This document shows, piece by piece, positions 25,434-32,404 of a stretch of 32,404 bases of DNA; the stretch's first letter is position 1; each line of letters opens with the position of its first letter. The DNA comes from a virus (taxonomy: Duplodnaviria; Caudoviricetes), in IMG/VR virus record IMGVR_UViG_3300050147_000051, positions 1 through 32,404 of that record, one strand, 5' to 3'. The position numbers were made by a program, and so were the translations under genes. A model generated the notes under the pieces. That model searched no databases. It was not told the DNA's origin and saw nothing but the letters and a program-made list of their open reading frames with translations.

Positions 25434-25808
25434 AAGCGAAATAACCGCTGTTACATCCGCTAAACTAATTTTATTATAATTTATCCTTTGCCAAAAGTAT
25501 TTTGGCTTTATAACCAATTTCAAGAACTCGATTATTTCATTTTCTTGAACTAAGGTATCTGCATCGATAAACTTCCCAGCGTTTGTAAATTGCAAATCTA
25601 ATTTAAAATCCATCTTTGCTGGTGTAGTTGATACAAGTGCCTTTCTAAAATCTTCTAATCTTTCAGCTATTTTTGTTTTTTTATTAGGATAGAATCTTTG
25701 CATTACCTGGAGTGCTACAAACCATTCATCCGTAGCGTGTTCTTCAATAGCTTTTTGAAACTCAATGAATTTCAAATAAGGTATATCATTTTTACTTTTG
25801 ATACTCAT
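25371..25808 (-). CDS. Putative tail assembly chaperone (gpG-like, 145 aa)
   Basis: Overlaps a downstream -1 frame ORF, as lambda G/GT does; contains AGKFIDAD. Confidence 0.6.
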   Translation of the reverse strand: MSIKSKNDIPYLKFIEFQKAIEEHATDEWFVALQVMQRFYPNKKTKIAERLEDFRKALVSTTPAKMDFKLDLQFTNAGKFIDADTLVQENEIIEFLKLVIKPKYFWQRINYNKISLADVTAVISLFTKYQQILRADTSGFTTHHQ

Positions 25809-25989
25809 AAATAGCTTTTATAAAATGCGGTTCGTATTTAATTTCTCCGAATAGTTCTTTAAATGTTTCCTCGTTGTTCAAATCCTTTTTAACAATCGGT
25901 CTGTATTCTTTTTTTAAGAAAGGAAACAATCTTAGTAAGTGTTCTTTATTTTTTCCTAATTCCTTTAAAGGTAGTTTTTTCTTTGCCAT
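25792..25989 (-). CDS. Small basic hypothetical protein (65 aa)
   Basis: ORF after the terminase, with TAAATTTG at 26004-25997 just upstream. Confidence 0.65.
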   Translation of the reverse strand: MAKKKLPLKELGKNKEHLLRLFPFLKKEYRPIVKKDLNNEETFKELFGEIKYEPHFIKAIYEYQK

Positions 25990-26013
25990 AATTCTACAAA
26001 TTTAATTAATTTT

Positions 26014-27219
26014 TTATAATACTTGACTAATTTTACCAAATAATTTTTTATGTACACAATATCCACCCGCTTCTGTTATGTGGTCAAAACCTGATTGTTT
26101 GTCAGGAACTCCATTTCTATACGCTTGGTTTTCCAACGCCTCAGCGTAAGTAGGACATAACTTGTCATTCACAAAATAATTATCATTCTGAAACGCTAAA
26201 TTAACTGAGTTTACCCTTTCTGTTACTGGTGGGTTTTTTCTCGGTGCATCAATAGTAAATCCGTTTTGTTTGATAATTGAAAAGTCAGAAGCACCCGAAC
26301 TACTCCGAGCGTTACCACTTGCATCGGGTATCATTATTATTTTATTAGTTGGGTAATTTTCTCTTAAGTAGTCGCAAATAGATTGAGTATCGTATGCTGC
26401 TGCAATTTCTCCAACTGCATATAACTTAGCATTTCTTAAAACGTGTACAACTGCGTTCATATTTGTAACGTTAAAATCTAATCCAACGTATAACTGCTCA
26501 TTAGGTAAATGAGTTTCATTTGTTCTGTGCGCTTTTCGATTATAAGAAGTATAAACACTTGCTGAATTAAGATTTACAAACTCGCCATTCAAATAAGCAT
26601 CTGCTTGTTCTTTTGTGTATGTATTTAAAAGCGTTTGGATATAGTCAGTAGGTAAAAAAGGATTGTCAAGGGTTTTCGCTTTAACAATTACTTTATTTTC
26701 ACTTGGATTTTTTACAAAGAAATCATAAAGCCATTTGAACCCCTCGGGTGTTCCTACAACATCGGTTTTGTTTTGTTCTCCATTTGGTAACCTCGACCTA
26801 TTACGCCCTATAATTCTAACAAAGATATCCTCCATCTTATCTTTAGATAATATATCTGTTTCATCAATTAGAGAATATCCAACCTCGTATCCTACTATCC
26901 TTTCTGGGTCTGACATATTGCGTAAAATAATACATCCGTAAGGCGTCGTAATACGATTATCTGACTTATTCAAAGTATATTGAATTTCATACTTTGTTAA
27001 TTGTTCGCAGAATTTAGGAATAGCAACATCTGAAATCAATCCGTATGTAGGTAAGTAATAAGCAACATCAATACCTTTGTATTGAAGTTTCTTTATTATT
27101 GTTTTAGCAACACCACAAAAGGATTTTCCACTACCATAACCGCCTATTAGTGCTGTATGTGTTGCGTTGGAGTTGATGAAATCCCTTTGGTGTTTAAGAG
27201 TTGCTATCTTTAGTTGCAT
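26014..27219 (-). CDS. terL: Terminase large subunit (401 aa)
   Basis: Walker A GGYGSGKS, Walker B LIDE, coupling motif GTPEG and nuclease motifs VGLDFN, PDASG and DH. Confidence 0.95.
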   Translation of the reverse strand: MQLKIATLKHQRDFINSNATHTALIGGYGSGKSFCGVAKTIIKKLQYKGIDVAYYLPTYGLISDVAIPKFCEQLTKYEIQYTLNKSDNRITTPYGCIILRNMSDPERIVGYEVGYSLIDETDILSKDKMEDIFVRIIGRNRSRLPNGEQNKTDVVGTPEGFKWLYDFFVKNPSENKVIVKAKTLDNPFLPTDYIQTLLNTYTKEQADAYLNGEFVNLNSASVYTSYNRKAHRTNETHLPNEQLYVGLDFNVTNMNAVVHVLRNAKLYAVGEIAAAYDTQSICDYLRENYPTNKIIMIPDASGNARSSSGASDFSIIKQNGFTIDAPRKNPPVTERVNSVNLAFQNDNYFVNDKLCPTYAEALENQAYRNGVPDKQSGFDHITEAGGYCVHKKLFGKISQVL

Positions 27220-27466
27220 CTACTAATATAATTTCAGTGAACGGAGTTAAATTCGTTTGCTCAATAATCTGTTTCGGTTTGCCATACATATACTCGAAGA
27301 ACATTTTTATAGCCCAATCTTTACCTAGTTCAATTGCTTCTGATAGTTTAGCGTGTGCGGTAGCTTCCATTGGAGAAAGTTTCTCAATTAGCTTTTGTTC
27401 TTCTGCTTTTGGCTTTCGTCCTCCGTTGGAATGACCTCCATTATTTTTTCTTTTATCGTTTTCCAT
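27194..27466 (-). CDS. terS: Putative terminase small subunit (90 aa)
   Basis: Overlaps the terL start; contains NGG...GGRKPK and AIK...EY.YGKPKQ. Confidence 0.7.
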   Translation of the reverse strand: MENDKRKNNGGHSNGGRKPKAEEQKLIEKLSPMEATAHAKLSEAIELGKDWAIKMFFEYMYGKPKQIIEQTNLTPFTEIILVDATKDSNS

Positions 27467-27491
27467 AATTGAAATAAATTGAGTTCAATTA

Positions 27492-27575
27492 TTAAAATAG
27501 TATTTCTATTCCAATAATTGTCACTATAATAACTGATACTAAAAACACAATAATATTATCTTTGTAATCTTCCAT
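27492..27575 (-). CDS. Single-TM micropeptide (27 aa)
   Basis: Translated by hand as MEDYKDNIIVFLVSVIIVTIIGIEILF, starting 3 nt after the upstream stop. Confidence 0.5.
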   Translation of the reverse strand: MEDYKDNIIVFLVSVIIVTIIGIEILF

Positions 27576-27578
27576 CTA

Positions 27579-27788
27579 CTATTTAGTTTTAAAGTATTCA
27601 CGATTAAAACCATCTTCAAAGTAAATAGTTTCAGGATTGTGTTTTTCGTAAATTTCTTTGGTTGTTTCTTCCGTTTTAATTATTAACATTTGCGTGTTGT
27701 ATGTAGCTCTCCAGTATCTATAAAAGTCTACCGAATCAGTTGAACAACTTGTTAAAATGAATAATAATAGTAATAATAGTTTTTTCAT
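27579..27788 (-). CDS. Small lipoprotein (69 aa)
   Basis: MKKLLLLLLFILTSC lipobox (Cys15); TAATTTTG at 27802-27795 just upstream. Confidence 0.75.
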   Translation of the reverse strand: MKKLLLLLLFILTSCSTDSVDFYRYWRATYNTQMLIIKTEETTKEIYEKHNPETIYFEDGFNREYFKTK

Positions 27789-27873
27789 AATTTACAAAAT
27801 TAGTTATTTTTATTTAATACCATACATAAAATAGTCAATTTCTTTTTTCAACTCCTTAACTTTTGTATTTTCT

Positions 27874-28110
27874 CTATCGTTTAATACCAACAAACTTACC
27901 ATAATAATCAAATTCAAAACTAACAAAGTTATCAGTTCCAATATACCTAAATGTATAAATCCAATGATTTTTATAAGTTTTATCAACGTATTTCTCAGGA
28001 AGTGTGCAATTCTTTGATATTCCACTTAATCGTATTTCTTGACCATTCTTTGAGAGTTGAGGTTCAAAATCAATATTTAGTTTAAATCCGTTAATATTTA
28101 TTTTTTCCAT
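27874..28110 (-). CDS. Hypothetical protein (about 78 aa)
   Basis: The likely start is the ATG at 28110, directly after the VRR-NUC stop. Confidence 0.65.
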   Translation of the reverse strand: MEKININGFKLNIDFEPQLSKNGQEIRLSGISKNCTLPEKYVDKTYKNHWIYTFRYIGTDNFVSFEFDYYGKFVGIKR

Positions 28111-28111
28111 T

Positions 28112-28402
28112 TTACCAATTTTTAAAATATTCATTTAAAGTAAGACTTCCAAATATAATTCCTTTTCCTTTTTGTAAACAAAATGCAATCTTACCTTGTT
28201 GATTTAATTCATTTATTCTTTGCTCTTGTAGTGGTTTTAAATTATCGTTAACTTCTTTACTTTCAATCCAAATATCTTTATAACCTTTCTTAAAAGCATA
28301 CAAATCTGGGTATCCATTATCTGAAAGTTTTATGATTTTTAAAACTATATAACCTCTTTTTTTAAGAAAATTTTTTATTTTTGTTTGAAACGTTGAAGCC
28401 AT
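28112..28402 (-). CDS. VRR-NUC (PD-(D/E)xK) nuclease (about 96 aa)
   Basis: GYPDL, WIESK and LKPLQ motifs; follows the helicase. Confidence 0.85.
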   Translation of the reverse strand: MASTFQTKIKNFLKKRGYIVLKIIKLSDNGYPDLYAFKKGYKDIWIESKEVNDNLKPLQEQRINELNQQGKIAFCLQKGKGIIFGSLTLNEYFKNW

Positions 28403-29648
28403 TTTTATCAATTTTAAAGTCTTTACAAAATGTAGATAATGTATAATCGGTTTTATTCAATACTCTATTATATATTTTTTCCTCAATTCCATTCTCTGAA
28501 AATATCCAGTAAATATCATTTGATTTTCGGTCCATTGTTGTTAGTCTGTCTTTTGCCTGGAAGTAGCTAACTGCTGAAAATTGCAAATTTAAGAATATAA
28601 GATAATCGGCTTTTGCTAAACTTATTCCTTCACGTCCTGAAACAATTTGTAATGCTATATTTTTATTACTATTATTAAATTCATATAAATTATTTGTTAA
28701 ATCAATTCCAAATGTTTGTTTTAACATTTCCAACTCGGCAACAAAATTATAAAATATTGCTATCTTTTTACCTTTGAACTTTTCTTTTATAAACTCGGAT
28801 TTTGAATTATCAATTATTTGAGTAGTTCCATCTTCATACTTAATAGTTCCACTAAATAGTTGGTGTATCTTTTGCTGAAGTTTTACACCAGTATCTGCAA
28901 TTATTTGCTTACCGCTTGACTTTGATGTAACCACTAAATCTTTAATTAACTTTTCAGTTATTGCATAAGTGATAGGTTTCATTTTTACTTTTATAATATT
29001 CTCTTTTACATCGGTTGTAAATCCAGCTTGTTCTTGTGTAAATGTTAGAATATAGTATCTTATATGATGCCAAAAATCATTTTTACGAGCATCTGAGTAG
29101 TCTTTCACTTGTGCATATCCTAAATATTTTAATTTAATATTTACATATTCATTTGCCCACTTATAAAAGTTAGTGTACTCTTTAAAAGGGCTATGATTTG
29201 ACAAAGTAAACAAATGATAATATTGAGAATAGCTTTCAGGTGTTGGTGTACCTGATAACATAATCATAGGAATATCTCCAAACCTTGACTTAACGTCTTT
29301 ATGATATTTTGATGGTTTAGGATAAGAAGTATATCCATGCACCTCATCAATTATAACTACATCGAAATCGTTTGTTTCAATCTTATGTAAACTCTCTCTG
29401 TTTATAATTGTTAAATCAAATTTATCTACATAACCGAAATCCCAGTAGTCATTCTCAATACTCGAAAATGCTTTTATTTTAGTAATGAATAAAACTCTTT
29501 TCGCTCCAAACTTTTTACACGTTTCTAATGCTGTTGTAGTTTTTCCAGTTCTTACTTCCATAAATAAACATACTAACTTTTTTAAGGTTAATATTTCACT
29601 TGCGTCTTTTGAAATTCTTATTTGATAATCTCTTAACTCTTTTTTCAT
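28362..29648 (-). CDS. Superfamily 2 (SNF2-like, DExH) helicase (428 aa)
   Basis: LRDYQ (Q motif), RTGKT, IIDEVH, LSGTP, GREGISL and QAKDR. Confidence 0.92.
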   Translation of the reverse strand: MKKELRDYQIRISKDASEILTLKKLVCLFMEVRTGKTTTALETCKKFGAKRVLFITKIKAFSSIENDYWDFGYVDKFDLTIINRESLHKIETNDFDVVIIDEVHGYTSYPKPSKYHKDVKSRFGDIPMIMLSGTPTPESYSQYYHLFTLSNHSPFKEYTNFYKWANEYVNIKLKYLGYAQVKDYSDARKNDFWHHIRYYILTFTQEQAGFTTDVKENIIKVKMKPITYAITEKLIKDLVVTSKSSGKQIIADTGVKLQQKIHQLFSGTIKYEDGTTQIIDNSKSEFIKEKFKGKKIAIFYNFVAELEMLKQTFGIDLTNNLYEFNNSNKNIALQIVSGREGISLAKADYLIFLNLQFSAVSYFQAKDRLTTMDRKSNDIYWIFSENGIEEKIYNRVLNKTDYTLSTFCKDFKIDKNGFNVSNKNKKFS

Positions 29649-29650
29649 AA

Positions 29651-32023
29651 TTAGAAATCTATATCGTCGTTATCTTCAATTTTATTCTCAACATTTTTTT
29701 CAAAAATACCAAACCATTTTAAACCATTACTTGAACCTTGTTCAAAACGATACTCTTTATAGTTTGCATATTTCTGTATCCAAATATTAAATCGGTTTCT
29801 TTTTAACCATTTGTCAAAATCTTTATTGTCATTAACAAATGCATTAAAGTATTGGCTTTTGTCATTTCGTGTATTAATAGGGAAGTTTTCATAATCAATA
29901 ATCCACTCATAAAAATCCATATTTGTTTCAGCAATAAACTTACGCAATACAATATTTTTAGCATTTTGTTTTATAAGTCCTGACTTAAGATACATTTGTA
30001 AACAATAAACCATATAATTATCAAACTTTTGGAAATCTTCAATTTCCCACTCATCAAATAATTGCTTCCCAAATTCCTCATCAGGTGTTAAATCCTTGCC
30101 GTAATATTGCGCTATTTCTATTTCGTGTCTACGTCTATTATGAGAGTTACCCTCGCCTTTTATAGCGTAATTTGTACTCATTACAATCTTTGGACTATCA
30201 TGCACATTTAATTTAATAGCATCTTTATTTTTACGCTCTAAAGTCATTCCCTCAGTAACAAGCGAAAACTTATCTTCAAAATCAAAGTTCTTTTTAACAT
30301 CGTCAAATACTAATATTTTTGTATCTAAAGAAACGGTCTGATAGGCAAATGACTTTTTGCTATCAAATTGTTTACCATCAATAATTGATGTATTTCTAAT
30401 CTGACTTAAACCTTGTACAAATAAACCTTTACCAGTTCCCCCCTCTGGGTTGTCTGAAATAATCTCATCATTTAAAATAACTGCCTTATTATTACTTCTA
30501 TTCTTATAAGTACTAATTAAATAACCAATAGTAACTTCAATAGGGAAAGGTTCATTTGCCGATATATTATTAATAAATTTTTGATAGTCATTTTCAAAAT
30601 TTTCTAAACTTATAAAGTCACGATCTAATATGTGGCTTTCCCAAATATAGCCATCAACATCAATATAATCTACTAACTTAATCTCATTTTTTGTAATTTC
30701 TAAAATTCCATTTTTAAAAGCCAAATAAGAAGTTTGTCTGTTATCAATTAACATTATCAAATCAATACTTTCTAACATAAGTAAAAACTGCTCACTAAAT
30801 AAGTTTTGATAGTTTGCGCAATAATTCCAAACATCAAACTCTTTCCTATCCATTAAGAAATCCAATACAAAATCCTTAATCTTTGATGTTGAGGTTAATT
30901 TAACCTTATTTGATTGTATTGATACAAATTGAGGTTTATCACTTTCATTTGGAAAATGTTTTTTAAATCCATTTCGCTCTAAAAAGTATTTATACTTTAA
31001 CGGACTTATAGCTATTTTTTCTTTACCAGTTTTTTCGTTTACGATAATGTACCAAAAGTCTTCGGCTTCTTCGGCTTCCTTTATTTCGTTATAAACATCC
31101 TCCTCAATGTTATACTTTTCAAGTACTTCTTTTTTACCTTTCTTTAAATCGCTTTTTATCTTATCAATCTGTTGGTAATTCTCAAAGTATTTCGAATTAA
31201 AAGAACGTCGTTTATAAGCTGACTTAATTGTATTTTTACACTCAGTTTCTGAAAAGTCACCATAAACCACATTATTTTGAATATAACCTAAAGCTGTACT
31301 TTCAGAAATACCATACTCACAAAATGCACCAGCTAAATCAAAAATAAAGCTATTACGCTCACCCTCTATAAAATCCTTACTCCAATTGAATTTCATTATT
31401 TTTTCAATAATAATATCCTCATCATTTATTGGAATTAAAGGAACTCTGTCTTTAATATCAAAACCCTCATCTATTAAAGTAGGTTCATAGGTTTGCGCAT
31501 CATAATTAATATAAATATCTGTATCGTAACTTTCAAAACATACCCTATCCACATTACAATTTGACTTATCAAAATAATCATATTGATAATGACTATTAAA
31601 TGCTTTGAAATATTTTTCGTGTTCAATCTTATTGCACACTGGTATTTTTACAACTCCTTTTATTCCTTTACCACTTGGAGAAATAAATAAAGATACAAAA
31701 TGATTATTCTTTTTAAGTTCGTGTAAGTGATCAAACATTACGTCTTCAGTTGGGTACTTATCAAAATCAACAACCATTAACCCGCTATGATTAATAAGTC
31801 CATCTTTATTTCGTTCTTTAAATTCGCCACCAAAAATAATACAAGGAAGTTTTTGTTTTAATTTATCAGCTAATTCTTTAGTCTCTGCTTTTCGTACTAG
31901 TTCAACAAGTTCTTTTGATTTACCTTGTTTTATACGTTCAAAGCATTTCCATAACGGTATGATATAAGGAACATCTTGTGACTTAAGGAGCTCTTTAAAA
32001 ACTGATATATTTGTATCTTTCAT
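29651..32023 (-). CDS. Primase-helicase (VirE-N/BT4734-like primase, PriCT, P-loop helicase; 790 aa)
   Basis: KQKLP...HSGLMVVDFD...FISPSGKGIK (primase), GERN (PriCT), EGGTGKG (Walker A) and LVFDD (Walker B). Confidence 0.88.
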   Translation of the reverse strand: MKDTNISVFKELLKSQDVPYIIPLWKCFERIKQGKSKELVELVRKAETKELADKLKQKLPCIIFGGEFKERNKDGLINHSGLMVVDFDKYPTEDVMFDHLHELKKNNHFVSLFISPSGKGIKGVVKIPVCNKIEHEKYFKAFNSHYQYDYFDKSNCNVDRVCFESYDTDIYINYDAQTYEPTLIDEGFDIKDRVPLIPINDEDIIIEKIMKFNWSKDFIEGERNSFIFDLAGAFCEYGISESTALGYIQNNVVYGDFSETECKNTIKSAYKRRSFNSKYFENYQQIDKIKSDLKKGKKEVLEKYNIEEDVYNEIKEAEEAEDFWYIIVNEKTGKEKIAISPLKYKYFLERNGFKKHFPNESDKPQFVSIQSNKVKLTSTSKIKDFVLDFLMDRKEFDVWNYCANYQNLFSEQFLLMLESIDLIMLIDNRQTSYLAFKNGILEITKNEIKLVDYIDVDGYIWESHILDRDFISLENFENDYQKFINNISANEPFPIEVTIGYLISTYKNRSNNKAVILNDEIISDNPEGGTGKGLFVQGLSQIRNTSIIDGKQFDSKKSFAYQTVSLDTKILVFDDVKKNFDFEDKFSLVTEGMTLERKNKDAIKLNVHDSPKIVMSTNYAIKGEGNSHNRRRHEIEIAQYYGKDLTPDEEFGKQLFDEWEIEDFQKFDNYMVYCLQMYLKSGLIKQNAKNIVLRKFIAETNMDFYEWIIDYENFPINTRNDKSQYFNAFVNDNKDFDKWLKRNRFNIWIQKYANYKEYRFEQGSSNGLKWFGIFEKNVENKIEDNDDIDF

Positions 32024-32119
32024 AAATTATTAAAATAAGAAATCCCATAAATCCACCGCCTCTGAACTCGGTTTCATTATGGGATTAATATAATGTCTTT
32101 TATATATTCAGAGGTTTAG

Positions 32120-32152
32120 CAAATATAATAATAAATATAATAATAAATACAA
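32120..32152 (-). promoter_or_regulatory. Promoter for the replication operon
   Basis: TATATTTG at 32127-32120 and TTG at 32152-32150. Confidence 0.6.
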
Positions 32153-32153
32153 T

Positions 32154-32334
32154 AGTACGAAGTTTTTTTTAAGTGCGAAGTTTAAATCTAACTTCGACCT
32201 TTGTTAAGTATTGTAAAATATAGGATTTTTATTTAAAAGTACGAAAGTTCGAAGTTTTTTTTATTTTTCACACCCCCATATTAAAATAAAAATATTTTTT
32301 TAAGCCCCCCTATACACGAAATAAACTTCGCACT
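32154..32334. repeat. Iterated CGAAGTT motifs; putative replication origin
   Basis: AGTACGAAGTT (32154), AGTGCGAAGTT (32172), inverted AACTTCG (32190), AGTACGAAAGTTCGAAGTT (32238) and inverted AACTTCGCACT (32324), all in AT-rich non-coding DNA. Confidence 0.55.
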
Positions 32335-32404
32335 TTTATTAAATAAAAAAACCTACTCTAAAGTAGGTTTAATTAGTTGTGTATTGTTTAGTATTAAAAT
32401 TCTA
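32275..32404. repeat. Terminal direct repeat, right copy
   Basis: Matches positions 1-130. Confidence 0.95.

Noticed and set aside
27810-28025. 71-aa minus-strand ORF
   Set aside because: It largely overlaps the better-placed 27874-28110 ORF in another frame; only a short 3' part could be real.
1-32404. Alternative genetic code or tRNA genes
   Set aside because: Genes tile the genome intact under the standard code, and I saw no cloverleaf sequences.

Overview
The window is an apparently complete, circularly assembled genome of an AT-rich tailed phage, 32,274 bp plus a 130-bp end overlap. Essentially every gene is on the minus strand. Repeated TAnnTTTG (-7) and TTG (-33) promoter boxes and AT-rich starts without Shine-Dalgarno sequences point to a Bacteroidota host, probably Flavobacterium-like. 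In transcription order the modules are: primase-helicase, SF2 helicase, VRR-NUC nuclease, terminase, tail genes with a likely -1 frameshifted chaperone, tape measure, protease, capsid, major tail, portal, tail fibre, holin candidates and an M15 endolysin. An accessory region follows, then a u-spanin-like lipoprotein, two DNA methyltransferases, a pentapeptide-repeat protein, small early genes and an SSB-like gene. I found no integrase, tRNA or CRISPR array. The main discovery is an integron-like gene-cassette array at about 6949-9061, inside the lysis module. It has three 133-138 bp attC-like hairpins, and each complete cassette's two ends are exact 9-10 bp reverse complements, as expected for real excisable cassettes. 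The left end resembles an attI site, the cassette ORFs appear inverted relative to the attC sites, and a small HTH-like ORF sits where an integrase gene would normally be. Protein calls come from motif recognition and synteny only; no database searches were run.
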